Positions 13,594 through 27,879 of a stretch of DNA of 64,000 nucleotides are shown here, piece after piece. The notes beneath the pieces were generated by a model. That model saw nothing but the letters and a program-made list of their open reading frames with translations. It was not told where the DNA came from and made no database searches. How positions within the stretch are numbered: the stretch's first letter is position 1; every line of letters starts with the position of its first letter. The translations under genes were made by a program, and so were the position numbers. This stretch comes from the human T2T-CHM13v2.0 reference genome, Homo sapiens, in the NCBI RefSeq assembly GCF_009914755.1, contig NC_060936.1, one strand, 5' to 3'.

Positions 13594-14605
13594 GTGAGAA
13601 AGAATAAACACAAGAACTCTGACAACTCAAAAAGCCAGAGTGCCTTCTTTCCTTCAAACGACCATACTAATTCTCCAGAAAGGGTTCTTAACAAGGTTGA
13701 GATGCCTGAAATGATAGAAATAAAATTCAGAATATGGATAGAAAGGAACATCATTGAGATTCAGAAGAATATTGAAAGCTGAGGAGGCTAAGAATCACAG
13801 TGAAACAACAAGGGAGCTGACAGATGAGATACCCAGTATAGAAAAGAATGTAACTGACCTACTAGAGCTAAAAAACACACCACAAGAATTTCATAATGCA
13901 ATCACAAGTATTAACAGCAGAATAGACCAAGCAGAGGAAAGAATCTCAGAACTTGAAGACTGGCTGTCTGAAATAAGACAGTCAGAGAAGAATAAAGTAA
14001 AAAGAATGAAAAGAAACAAACAAAACCTCCATGAAACATGAAATTATGTAAAAATACCAAATATATGATTCATTGGCATCCCTGAAAGAGATGGGGAAAA
14101 TAGAAACAACTTGGAAAACATATTTCAGGATATTATTCAGGAGAACTTCCCTAATCTAGCTAGAGAGGCCAACATTCAAATTCAGGAAATGCAGAGAACC
14201 CCAGCAAGATACTTCATTCACAAGAAGATCATCCCCAAGACATATAATCATCAGATTCTCCAAGGTTGAAGTGAAAGAAAAAATGTTAAATGCAGCAAAA
14301 TAGGAAAGACAGATCACCTACAAAGGGAAGTCCATCAGACTAATAGTGGACCTGCCAACAGCAACCCTACAAGTCAGCAGAGAATGGAAGCCTACATACA
14401 ACATTCTTAAAGAAAAGAAATTTCAACCAAGCATTTCATATCCAGCCAAACTAAGCTTCATAAGTAAAAGAGAAATAAGATCCCTTTCAGATAAGAAATC
14501 CTGAAGGAAATCATTACCACCAGACCTGCCTTACAAGAACACCTGAAAGAAGCACTAAATGTGGAACGGAAAGATTGTTACTAACCACTACAAAAACACA
14601 CTTAA
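13594..14605 (+). pseudogene. Disrupted L1 ORF1p
   Basis: RKNKHKNSDNSKSQSAFFP...; SINSRIDQAEERISELED (coiled coil); frameshifts and stops. Confidence 0.88.
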
Positions 14606-14674
14606 GTACACAGACCAATGACACTGTAAAGCTACCACACAAACAAGTTGGCATAATAACCAGCTAATGACATG

Positions 14675-17600
14675 ATGATAGGATCAAATCCACATAAATC
14701 AATACTAACCTTGCATGTAAACAAGCTAAATGCCCCAATTAAAAGGCACAGAGTGGCAAGGTGGATAGAGAAGCAAGACCAAATGGCATGCTGTCTTCAA
14801 GAGTCCCATCTCACATGCAGTGACACTTACAGGCTCAAAATAAAGGAATGAAGAAAAATCTACCAAGTAAATAGAAAACAGAAAAAAGCATACGTTACAA
14901 TAATAATTTCAGATGAAACAGACATTTAACCAATGGATATTAAAAAAAAGACAAAGAAGAAAATTGCATAATGGTAAAGGGTACAATTCAACAAGAATAT
15001 CTGACTATCCTGAATATATATGCAACCAACACAGGAGCACGCAGATTCATAAGGAAAGTTCTCAGAGACTGTCAAAGAAACTTAGACTCCCACACAATAA
15101 TAGTGGGAAACTTCAACACCCTACTTACCCACTGACAATAATAGATCATCAAGGCAGAAAATTAGCAAAGACATACAGGACCTGAGCTCAACACTGGACC
15201 AAATGAACCAGATAGACATCTATAGAAATCTCACCCAAAACCAATACAATATGCATTCTTCTCATTGCCATGCGTCATGTGCTCTAAAATCCACCACATG
15301 ATTGGATATAAAACAATCCTCAGCAAATGCAAAAGAATAGAAATTATACCAACCACTCTCTTGGACCACAGAGCAATAAAAATAGAAATCAAGACAAAGA
15401 AAATTGTTCAAAACCATACAACTGCATGGAAATTAAACAACCTGCTCCTGAATGACTTTCAGATAAATAATGAAGTTAAGGCAGAAATCAAGAAGTTCTT
15501 TGAAACTAACGAGAACAAAGATACAGCATACCAGAATCTCAGGAACATAACTAAAGGCATTGTTAAGAGGGAAATTCTTATCACTAAATGCACATACTAA
15601 AAAGTTAGAAAGATGTCAAATTAACAACCTATCACAACTAAAAGAACTAGACAAGCAATAATGAACCAGCTCCAAAGCTAGTGGAAGACAAGAAATAACC
15701 AAGATCAGAGGTGAACTGAAGGAGACTGAGACACACACACACAAAATCATTTGAAAGATCAATGAAGACAAGAGTTGTTTTTTTGAAAAAATTAATTAAA
15801 AAGATAGACTGCTAGCTAATCTAATGAAGAAGTAAAAAGAGAAGATCCAAATAAACACAATTAGAAACAACAAAGATGTTACCACTGAGTCCACAGAAAC
15901 GCAAATAACCATCAGAGACACCCATGAACATCTCTGTTCACATAAACTAGAAAATACAGAAGAAATAAATTCCTGGACACACACACCCTCCTAAGACTGA
16001 ACTAGGAATAAATTGAATCCCTGAACAGACCAATAATGAGCTCCAAAATTGAATTAGTAATAAATAGCCTACCAAATGAAAAAAGCCCAGGATCAAATAG
16101 ATTCTCAGCCAAATGCTAGCAGATACACAAAGAAGAGTTGGTACCACTTCTACTGAAACTAGTCCAAAAAATTTAGGAGAAGGGACTCTTCCCCAACTCA
16201 TTCTATGACGCCAGCATCAACCTGACAGCAAAATTTGGTGGAGATACAACAACAACAACAAAAAACTTCAGACCAATATCCTTGATGAACTTTGAGGCAA
16301 ATATCCTAATACTAGCAAACCGAATCTGGCAGCTTATCAAAAAGCTAATCCACCCTGATCAAGTAGGCTTTATCCCTGGCATGCAAGCTTGGTTCAGCAT
16401 GTGCAAATGAGTAAATGTGATTCATCACATAAACAGAACTAAGAATAGAAAGCACATGATTATTACAATAGATGCAGCAAAGACTTTCAATAAAATTCAA
16501 CATCTTTTCATGTTAAAAACTCTCAATGAACTAAGTATTGAAGGAACATAACTCAATATAAAAGGAGTCATCTATGACAAACCCACAGCCAATGTCATAC
16601 TGAATGGGCAAAAGCTGAAAACATTTCCCTTGAAAACTGGCACCAGACAAGGGTGCTGTCTCTCATCTCTTCTATTCAACATAGTATTGGAAATCCTGTC
16701 AGAGCAATTAGGTAAGAGAAAAAAATAAAGGGGATCCAAATAGGAAGAGAGGAAGTCAAACTATCCTGGTTGGCAGATTACATGATTCTATATCTAGAAA
16801 ACCCCACAATCTTGGCCCAAAAGCTCCTGAATTTGATAAACAAATTCAGCAAAGTTTCAGAATACAAAACCAATATATAAAAATCACTATCATTCCTATA
16901 CACGTAGAGAAGCCAAGGCGAGAGACAAATCAGAAAGCCAATCCCATTCACAATTGCCATAAAAAGAATAAAATACCTAGGAATACAGCTAACCAGAGAG
17001 GTGAAAGACCTCTAAAATGAGAATTATAAAACACTGCTCAAAAATGTCAAAGATGACACAAATGGAAAGACTTTCCATGCTCATGGATGGGAAGAATCAG
17101 TATTGTTAAAATGGCCATACTGCCCAAATCAATTTACAGATTCAATGCTATTCTTGTCAAACTACCAAAGACATTCTCCACAGAACTAGAAAAAAACTAT
17201 TTTAAAATTCATATGGAACCAAAAAAGAGCCCAAATAGCCAAGTCTATCCTAAGGAAAAGGAACAAAGCTGGAGGCATCATGCCACCTGACTTCAAACTA
17301 TACTACAGGGCTACAATAACTCAAACAGCATGATATTGGTACAAAAACAGACACATAGACCAATGGAACAGAATAGAGAGTCCAGAAACAAAGCCACACA
17401 GATACAACCATCTGATCCTTGACAAAGCAGACAAAAACAAGCAATGGGAAAAGTATTATCTATTAAATAACCAGTGCTGGGATAACTGGCTAGCCACACG
17501 CAGAAGATTGAAACTGGACTGCTTCTTTACACCATATACAAAAATCAACTCAAGATGGATTAAAACTGTAAAAACTCTTGAGACAACCTTAGCAATACCA

Positions 17601-18440
17601 TTCTGAACATAGGAATTGGCAAATATTTCATGACGAAGACATCAAAAGCAATTGCAACAAAAGCAAAAATTGACAAATGGGATCTAATTAAAATAAATAG
17701 CTTCTGCACAACAGAAGAAACTATCAGCAGAGTCAACCTATAGAATGGGAGAAAATATTTGCAAACTATGCTTTTAACGAAGGTCTAATATCCAGAATCT
17801 ATAAGAAACTTAAACAAATGTGCAGGCAAACAACAACTGCATTAAAAAGTGGGCAATGGACATGAACACTTTTCAAAAGAAGACATACATGTGGCCCACA
17901 GACATATGAAAAAAACTTCAATATCACTGATTATTAGAGAAATGAAAATCAAAACCACAATGAGATACCATCTCATGCAAGTCAGAATGGCTGTTATTAA
18001 AAAGTAAAAAAATAACAGATGCTGATGAGGTTGCAGAGAAAAGGGGATGCTTATACACGGTTGACAAGAATGTAAATTAGCTGCACAACTGTAGAAAACA
18101 GTGTAGTGCTTCCTCAAAAAGCTAAAAACAGAACTACCATTTGACCCAGAAATATCATTACTAGGTATATACCCATGGGAATAGAAATCATTCTATCATA
18201 AAGACACATGCATGTTTATGTTCACTGCAGCACTATTCACAATAGGAAAGACATGGAATCAACCTAAATACCCACCAGTAGCAGAGTGGATAAAGAAAAT
18301 GTGGTACATATACACCATGGAGCCATAGAAACATAATAAGATCATGTTTTCTGCAGGAACATGGATGAAACTGGAGGCCATCATTCTGAGAAAATTAATG
18401 CAGGAATAGATAACCAAATACTGCATGTTCTCATTTATAA
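14675..18440 (+). pseudogene. Disrupted L1 ORF2p (endonuclease/reverse transcriptase)
   Basis: Begins MIGSNPHKSILTLHVNKLNAPIKRHRVARWI; contains [10 protein letters not shown] and [21 protein letters not shown]; many disruptions. Confidence 0.92.
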
Positions 18441-18675
18441 GTAAGAGCAAGATATTGAGAACACATGGACACAAAAAGGGGAACAACAGATACTGAGGCC
18501 TACTTGACAGTGGAGGGTGGAAGGAGGGAGATCAGGAAAAAAAAAATGACTATTGGGTACTAGGCTTAGTATATGGTTGACAAAATAATCTATACAACAA
18601 ACCCTCATGACACGAGTATACTTATATAACAAACCTGTACACGTTTCCCTGAACCTAAAATAAGTTTTTTTGTAA

Positions 18676-19140
18676 AGAAAAAACTATTTTAAATTTCATA
18701 CGGAATCAAGAGCCCAGATAGCCACAACAATTCTAATCAAAAAGAACAAAGTAGGAGGTATCACATTACCTGACTTCAAACTATACTGTAAGGCTACAAT
18801 AACCAAAACAGCATGGTACTGGTACAAAAACGGACACATAAACCAAGGGTACAGAATAGAGAACCCAAAAAGAAGGTCACACACATTCAACCATCTGATC
18901 TTCAACAAAGTTGCCAAAAATAAACAGTGGAGAAATGACTCCCTATTCAATAAATGGTGCTAGGATAACTGGCTAGCCATATGCAGAAGAATAAAGCTGG
19001 ACCTCTTCCTTACACCATATACAAAAATTACTCAAGATGATTTAGAGATTTAAATGAAAGACCTCAAACTATAAAAATCCAAAAACAAAGCCTACAAAAT
19101 ACCCTGCTGAAGATTAGTCTAAGCAAAAAATGTATGGCTA
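18676..19140 (+). mobile_element. Outer L1, inverted 5' segment, part 2
   Basis: Resumes at AGAAAAAACTATTTTAAATTTCATACGG, where 11935 stopped; followed by TSD TATTAACACTTTTTA. Confidence 0.9.
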
Positions 19141-19699
19141 TATTGTATTAACACTTTTTAATCTAATTGCCCTGAAATTTAGTGATCAAATATGAGAATC
19201 ATAATATGAATATCTGATTTATAACATGCAATGATTTAAGCAGAAATTAATCAAAATAATAAAATTATCAACATTTTAAAAGTTGCTATTTCAAGATAAA
19301 TTGAGATTTTCTATAAAATGATAACCTTAGCCAATGAATTTTGCATATATCTGAAATTGATCAGTGCTATCTGACAAAATAAAACTATTAAATAACTTTT
19401 ATCTCAGATCAGATCAATCCAGTATTGAAGCTAATGTTCTGAGATGTTTTTATATTCTCATTACAATGATTAGAAAATCAAACAAGTTGCTACATCTTTC
19501 ATTTAAATTCTGTATGGTTGAAAGTAATATGCAGTCACTTCAGGAGGCCTCATCACAACATACTTGACAAAATATTAAGCTACCCGTGTCTGTCTGAAAT
19601 ATATGCTGAACCTAATTGAATCACTTCATCTCTTAGGGTTTCAATTTTTTCACCTCTAATGTACATGTTTAGATTAACGTCTGCCAGAGGCTCAGGTAC

Positions 19700-19862
19700 A
19701 GGTCTGTTACTGACTTGCTTTAAGAGAATCAACTACAAATTTTGATTAACAATTCAAACTCAAGACCTACTTCATGATGTGCTGAATTAGAATCTCAAAG
19801 GCTGGGGTTTCGGAAGTTTTCTGGTTGATACTCTTATGCAGTCAAGTTTGTAAATCACTGAA
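19700..19862. mobile_element. MER5A-like hAT remnant (copy A)
   Basis: GCTGAATTAGAATCTC...AAGTTTGTAAATCACTG. Confidence 0.6.
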
Positions 19863-20454
19863 CTAAATGAGCTTTAAGGCCTTTCTCACAGATCTAATAT
19901 TTAGTGACTCTGAATCTCTGTCTCACAGAATATTATGTCCAAATTAATTTTCATGTTATTTGCAAGATAAGAAATTTGGTCTATCCTTACATATACAATA
20001 CGGTATGACTAAACTCAGTTATGTTAGAAAAGATTGAATTTACATAACCAATGAGTTTAGGGTTCAAAGAAAGGACAGAAACCTGGGAGCAGTTTTAATT
20101 ATTGTTTCTCTCATTTTCTTTCTTTCTCTGCTGCCTCCTCTCTCCCTCCCTTAGCTTATTAACTTAGCATTAGCATGGTAATCCAGTAACCTAATCATAG
20201 CTACTCAATAAATATTTGCTGATTAGATAAAATTAACCTTCCAGTAAATTCAATACAGTGCAATGCATAGCTTTACCTAGACATAACACAAATATCTTAT
20301 ATGGGGAAAAATTCATAAAGAACACAACAGTGGTAGAATTAATCATTCTAATATTTTCACAGCTTTGTGTGGATATCCATATCCTTTTAATCAGCTGTGG
20401 GACATTTACCTTTTCCAAAGTAAAAGACAATGAAAAGACTAGAAGGAAAGACAC

Positions 20455-20960
20455 GTAGTTCCAACCCCAGATCTCTCACCTTGTAGTCATAGGCCTTACA
20501 TGAGCTACTTCCTTCTCTGAGACTAATTTTCCTCATTTATAAATGCGGAAAATAGGCCGGGCACCAAGGCTCATGCCTGTAATCCCAACACTTTGGAAGG
20601 CCGAGGCAGGTGGATCATTTGAGGCCATGAGTTTGAGACCATCCTGGCCAACATGGCAAAACCCTCTCTCTACTAAAAATATGAAAATTAACCATGCACC
20701 TGTGATTCCAGCTGTTCCATAAGCTGAGGTATAAGAATCACTTGAACCCAAGAGGCAGAGGCTGCAGTGAGGTGAGATTGTGCCACTGCACTCCACACTG
20801 GGTAATAGAGCAAGACTCTGTCTCCAAAAATAATGAATAAATAAATAGATAAATAAAATGCAGAAGATAATAGTAGTTCCTCACAGAATTGCTATGGTTA
20901 TTAAATCAGATATACATTTAAAATGTTCGGAATAGTGCTTGGCACATATAAAGTACTTGA
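20455..20960 (+). mobile_element. MIR split by an Alu
   Basis: TTTCCTCATTTATAAATG before the Alu and AATAGTGCTTGGCACATA after it. Confidence 0.8.
20555..20855 (+). mobile_element. Old Alu (Jb/Sz-like) with an internal deletion
   Basis: Dimer lacking the start of the right arm; TSD AAATGCGGAAAATA/AAATGCAGAAGATA. Confidence 0.93.
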
Positions 20961-21341
20961 TGCTGGTTGTCACACTTTCTTCACTAGTTTTAATGAGAAT
21001 TCAATAGATTCTATTTTAAAAATCCCTTTAAACTACAGAGTACTATTATTAATTTGCTTAGAAAACTACTTTTTTCAGGTTTTCCAGTGTGAAAACATGT
21101 AATATAATATTTATAATTTCAAATTATCATTTCAATTTGTTCTGTCCAAATGTAAGATGTTGCATGGCCATTAGTCATTTCAGGCCATAATATATCAAAA
21201 CATTCCTATTTAGGAGAATCCTAAAATTAAAAATATAAAAAGCAGCCTAACTGCCTGTAGTCAAAATGGCCATTGGTTATTTAGTGACTTCATCTCTGAA
21301 GGTTTTCATTTTCTCACCTCCAAAAGTGGACGTTTAGATTT

Positions 21342-21501
21342 GTCTGTTACTGACTTGCTCTAAAAGAATTAACTGGAAATTTTGACTAAAATTCAGGCTC
21401 ACAGACATTCTCCAGACATGCTGAATCAGACTTTTAAAGCTTGGGGTTTAGGAAGCTCTCTTATTGATTTTGTTGTGCGGTTAAGTTTGAAAATTATTGG
21501 A
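21342..21501. mobile_element. MER5A-like hAT remnant (copy B)
   Basis: CCAGACATGCTGAATCAGAC...AAGTTTGAAAATTATTG. Confidence 0.6.
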
Positions 21502-21957
21502 GTGAGTGATGGCAACCAGAGAAGATGCTCCCATCATTGGGGTCATGACTGCACCTTGTCTCTGTTGACTCTGGCCATACATACCAGTTATATCCCAGTG
21601 TTAAAGATTCTGGATCCATACTTCTTAAGTTGCAATTCAGACTTTGCTGCTTACTTGAGCAAGCTACCTAAAGTGTCTGAGATTCTACCTCAGACACTTC
21701 TACCTTTTTTATTACTGATATGACAACACCAACATTGGTACTTTGAATTCTGTCAGTACTTGAAGGGTCGAGGTGGTATTTTCTAGGCAGAGATGGCGGG
21801 GAAGACACTCACTTTAATTCACTTAAGTGCTTTTTTCACATGAGCTGTAAAGTAGCACTGCTTTTCCCCAGAGTTCTGTAAGTTATCTCAAGAAGTCAGC
21901 TCCTTTAGTCCCCTTATCTAATTTCTCCCTTCCATAGAATCTCAACATCTGTCTATT

Positions 21958-22305
21958 AGGCTGTGAAAAGGAACAAAGTACTGATAAAGGCTATGGCATG
22001 GAAACCTCGAAAACATTATGTTTAAGGAAAGAAGTGAGATATAAAAGATCACATGTTGCCTGATTCCACATATATGAAATGTCCAGAAAAGAAAATTTAG
22101 TGATTGCCTAGGACAGGGATTACAAAGGAGAGTAATTGTAAATAGGTATAAGGTTTCTTTTAGAAGTGATGGATGTGTTCTAAAATTAGGTTGTTGCATA
22201 ACTCTGTATATATACCAAAATCACTGAATTGCACACTTAAAATGGGTAAATAATACAGTATATAAATTATAACTTAATAAAGCTGTTAAAAAAAAAAAGA
22301 AAAAC
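21958..22305 (+). mobile_element. L1MB-type 3' end
   Basis: GAAAACATTATG...ATGAAATGTCCAGAA...AATAAAGCTGTT followed by poly(A). Confidence 0.85.
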
Positions 22306-23119
22306 AAAACATAACCCAAGAAGCTCATTTTGTCAAAAATCCATGGAAAAATACCCCAACAGTTGCCATGGTAAGTGACCTTCAGTTACCCACATAGAGA
22401 GTTGAGAAATAAGGGAAGTCTTTGTAACAGAGCAAGCAAATGTTTCCTCAAGCAAGAAACATTTGAGAGTTACCCACATAAGTTGCCCAGAAATAATTTT
22501 GAGTAGACATTGATAAAGTTGTATGTCCTGAGTAACAATATGGATATAAGAGCAGAAAATTTCAATTACTGTTTCTAGCTTTGTGAAATTCATTGATTTT
22601 CAACCTCTCTTCTTCCCTAATATATACATTTAAAGCTACAAAATTTCCTGTAAGAAATGCTTAACAGTATCCCATACATGCCCAAGTTTTGGTATGTTGT
22701 ACCTTTATTAGTTAAAATTATTTTTTCACTGTCATGTTATTTTATAACATCTCATTAGCCAAAACAAGGCACATGGCCATCCCTGAGTTCAATGGAGTGC
22801 GAAAGTAGACTCCTCCCATAGAGGTTAAAGGGTCATCAGTGAATATTTCCTGAATGCCATCAGTGAATATTTGGAATCTATATTTCCAAGTGGCAAAAAT
22901 AGAGGGAATTCCAGACAGAAAGAAGGGAGTGCACAAAACTACAAAGCTATGGTGTTTGGGAAAATTATAATAGTTCAGAATGACTGAAAGTGACTGAGAG
23001 AAGGGTGGTGGAGGTAAGCAAGGACATTTGCCCTTTCAATTACTTTTAGTATATTGGTAGTAATTGCTTTTCATCCATTTTCTCAAAGAATTGGAAATAG
23101 GATTACATCACTGAAATGT

Positions 23120-23337
23120 CTGAGTACACATGGACACAAAGAAGGGAACAAGAGACACCAGTACCTACTTGAGGGTGAGGGGTGGGAGGAAGGTAAGAAT
23201 CAAAAAACTACCTATTGGATACTACACTTATTGGTAACAAAATAATCTGCATACAACCCCCGGCCCCCCGACATGCAGTTTACATAAATAACACACATGC
23301 ACATGTACCCATGAACCCAAAAGTTTTTCTAAAAAAA
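23120..23337 (+). mobile_element. L1PA15/16-type 3'UTR fragment
   Basis: CACATGGACACAAAGAAGGGAACAA...GCACATGTACCC. Confidence 0.88.
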
Positions 23338-23431
23338 GTCCATGTTAGCAGATTTTTTTTTGCATCAAAACCTCAATAAATTTTAAGACAACTTAATATG
23401 TCAGGTAAAAAAATAACAGACCAAATAATTT

Positions 23432-23731
23432 GTTGTTGTTGTTGTTGTTGTTGAGATGGAGAGTCTCCATCTGTCGCCACGCTGGAGTGCAGTGGCATGA
23501 TCTCGGCTCACTGCAACCTCTGCCTCCGGTTCAAGCGAATGTCCTGCCTCAGTTTCCCAAGTAGCTGGGACTACAGGTGCACGCCACCATGCCCAGCTAA
23601 TTTTTGTACTTTTAGTAGAGACGGGGTTTCACCATGTTGGCCAGGATGGTCTCCATCCCTTGACCTTGTGATCTGCCTGCCTCAGCCTCCCGAAGTGTTG
23701 GGATTACAGGCATGAGCCACTGTGCCCGGCC
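23432..23731 (-). mobile_element. AluSc-like element with a (CAA)n tail
   Basis: GGATGGTCTCCATCCCTTGACCTTGTGATC; perfect TSD CAGACCAAATAATTT (23417-23431/23732-23746). Confidence 0.95.
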
Positions 23732-24372
23732 CAGACCAAATAATTTAAAAAATTTTTTTTTCATTTGTATGCTCTTTTTTTTCGAGTTTCCTATAATATC
23801 ACACCTAGTACTGTTATAATGAGGCCGCCATAAAGAACTGAATTGCTCATAGGCACCTGGGAGTTCAGTGCTTTCTACATACAGGGTTATCAGGCTTGCT
23901 CCAAATATCTGAAAGAATAACCTGGAACGTTGTTTTTGTTTTGCAAATACATCGTATAGGTGCAATCCCATATTGTATTTCACTAGAATGTGGTATTTAT
24001 AAATAAACACTCAAAAAGAATTCTAAGGTTTTTTTTATTGCTGATATGACAAAAAGTACAATAAACAAAACAAGAAAGAACTTTTTAGTTAGAGTTTTCT
24101 CTGAATTTCTGAAATTGTTAAGTTTTCGGGAGAACCTTCTTTAGTTTCTCTTAAACTAAAAGAGAAGACCCAATCTACCCTTCACAAAAACTGATTGTTA
24201 ATACCTTGCTAGGTCTCTTTTTCTGTAAGATCAGTTCATTTAAATACTTCCAAATCTTGAGCATTTTCACTCCCCTCCATATATTGGAATATCTGCCTTT
24301 TTACTCATTTATTAAATAAACTTTTGTAGACTTTGTGAATAAAGATTTCTGGAGGAATTCAAAGAGATATAA

Positions 24373-24722
<350 letters not shown>

Positions 24723-24889
24723 TAATTCTAGATAGTTTTTATTTAACATGCACATTTTTTCATTTAACACGAGTATATTTCAAGGCTGTGACACTGTTAA
24801 CTTATTCACCACCTTTGTGCAAAACACAAAAACATCCTTTTTCCTGCAGGAAGACACAGTCTGAATTTCAGTAAAAATGTCACTGCTTG

Positions 24890-25212
<323 letters not shown>

Positions 25213-26779
25213 TCAGCAAACAACCTAAACAACAGTATGCTTTGATCCTTTGTGAAAAAGTAATTATTTTCTTTATCAATTGTTTATATTTAATGCCAAT
25301 CTCAAATAGGCTACTTTGCTTAATAACAAAAAAACAAAGAGATGTTAATGCTTAACTAAAACTGTGTTTTCTGTATTATGAAATAATGAGTTATGTTTTA
25401 AATTCCTTTTTACTAAAACTAAAACTTCATTAAATCAATATGAAACGAATATTTGATGGACGTTAGAACAGAACAGAATGTGCATGTATATCAAGGAAGA
25501 AACTCTTAAAATACACTTAATAGGAGGATTTACATATATTAAGCCTAAATTTGACGAGTTAATGAAAATTATAATGGACCTGGGCATGAGTATGGTCAAA
25601 CCCCACTTTGCTGCTAGAGAGTTCCAAGAACCTCATTCCAAACACTTTACCTTCTATATTTAATTTTCCTAATCTATAAAATGAGCATTTCTACCTAGCT
25701 GATTTCTTTTATTCCCTCTAGTTTTCAGATTATTTGATTCTTATCAAGGGAACATAAAATGTCTATTTTCAAATTATATATTTGAATCCTAGAGAATTAG
25801 CATTTTGAGTTTAAAATCAACCAAGTATGAATAACAACTAGCAAACTAAATTTTAAACATGTGTGGGTGTTTCGTTACCTAGTGTGGAAAAATCTTACAT
25901 ACTTTGCAAATCAAAGACAAAATGACATTTGCATGGAACAGGGAGTCAAAATGATGATTTTATTTTCTGAATGATACAGTATTATGAAAAGAAAGGATAC
26001 ATGATCCTTCCTAGAAAAAAAAAAGAATGTTTTTCTTGTTACTTGGTTATTTTAGGTAAAACTCCTGTTTTCAATTGACTAGAAATGTAATTATTATGCA
26101 GGAAATGGCACTTGTTAGAGATGTATAAAAGAAACTGAATTTTAATATACAATTTCTTTAAAGCAAATATTCCCAAATATTAATTTAAAGTAATCTTATT
26201 TTTTAAATGAAAAGCTTGTAGTTTTGTCGTATTATGTTCAGAGAATGAATAAAACAAAATCATGTAACTTCTAATGGAAGATTAACTTTAATGATTTGTC
26301 GGCATTTAAATGATACAATTATATTCACATAGATGGTCATATGCCACTTTTCTCTTTCAGCCTATGGCTACAATTCAGCTCTTTTGTTCTGGTTACAAGT
26401 AATTCTATACAACAGGATAATATAATCCAAGCCCAAATTTGTGTATAAAGATAGGAAAAAGTCCTATCACTTTTATTTTGCATTCTTTACATTATAGGCA
26501 GGAGAAAAGAGGCAAAATATAAGTACCTACTTTTTTTGTGTTTGCTGTCAATAAATAGTTGTCTTTGGACATTCTCCATTCTTTGTCTGATTTAAATATC
26601 TCAGTGAACTAAAAACTCCAAAACACCATCAAACAAAATACCAAGAAAATGCTCACCCTCATAGAAGGACGAGGTGACGTTCCTAGATTTGTCCACCTTT
26701 TCCTAATAATTTTAAAAGCATCATTCATTCCTTCATTCACTCATTTATACACAAAACTTATTGAAAATTGGCAAAAAAT

Positions 26780-27140
26780 GATACATGCTCCCTCATTTCC
26801 TCCTCGTCTTGGATACATAGCTAAGTATCTCTCAGATCCTCTTGTGTTTAGATGTGACCATATGACTTGAGTTCTGGTGATTGGCATGTGGGCAGAAGTG
26901 ATGTAGTCCACTCCCATATATGATCCCATTTTTCTTTCTCAACCCAAGGACCAAATCTGCAGACACAGAAGAAACAGGAGTCTCAAATTTCAAGGCAAAT
27001 GACCACATGGAAGGTCATACAGATAGGAATGCTAACTACAATCTAAGACCTGAATGAGAAATAAACTTTTATTATGTTAAGAAAGAGATGTCAGGGTTTT
27101 TAGTTGGTGTAGCAACTACATATTGCCTTTCCTAATACAA
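26780..27140 (+). mobile_element. Old MaLR LTR (MLT1I-K-like)
   Basis: GTGACCATATGACTTGAGTTCTGG...GCAGAAGTGATG; GAGAAATAAACTTTTATTATGTTAAG; ends CTAATACA. Confidence 0.7.
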
Positions 27141-27879
27141 GAAACTTTTCTCCATCTGTGGAGAAATTTTGAGGTCTAGGGAAAGAGAAATATGAGAGTT
27201 ATTATTTATTCATTCAAAACACAATTTAATATGTATAATTTGAGAGATGTTGAAGGACTGAAAATTTTTCCACGGTCCTCTGATGACCTTAGCCTCAACT
27301 GTCCTCACTCTCCCCTCTTGCTAAACTCGTTACCCAACTAATGATATTAAACCGAAAGAATAATTTCTCTCTCCCTCAGGAACCGTTTCTGACCACATGT
27401 TCTGGAAATTATTGGAATGTTAGCTAACCCCTTTTGTTAACAATCTATGAAAACTATGTTTTTCTACTCCCAAAGAGAACACTTCTTGGAGTATTTCTGA
27501 TGTTCCAGCATTCTGAATAAGAGCTTATGCTTAAGGGTGTTGTAAATGACTTCCTTCTACACAGTGTTGTGATCATTGTGCTATGTTAGAGGTAAAATAA
27601 ATAAGAGAGAGTCACTGTCCTCAAGATGTTTATAATCTACTGGGTACACAGACTGTTCAGTGTAATTACTCCTACAATCCAGTTATGCATAAATTATCAT
27701 AGGATCATAAATAAGTGAGCAATTAATTCCCTGGAGCTACCAATTAAAGCTATAGGAGACAAATAGTTCTGGTGAGGGAAAGGTCTTTCGCAAAGAAGAA
27801 ACCGCATGTACAATAGCAAGCAGCCACCAGAAATGGAAGTGTCTCTGAGACAACTGAAAATTAGTGAATGGAAAACAAA

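Larger units (their letters stand above)
11936..18675 (+). mobile_element. Full-length inactive L1 (L1PA13-16/L1PREC2-type, about 6.7 kb, long GC-rich 5'UTR)
   Basis: Starts GGGCAAGATGAC; 5'UTR to about 13590; ORF1, ORF2 and 3'UTR collinear; flanked by AGAAAAAA direct repeats. Confidence 0.95.

Noticed and set aside
24334-24350. 17-bp exact match TGTGAATAAAGATTTCT with about 52194-52210
   Set aside because: Short and AT-rich, and it barely extends into the flanks; I cannot distinguish it from chance.
26361-26398. Short plus-strand AG...GT segments (also near 27380, 30320, 40068 and 47771)
   Set aside because: Weak or unpaired splice sites, no recognisable peptide and no consistent reading-frame chain.
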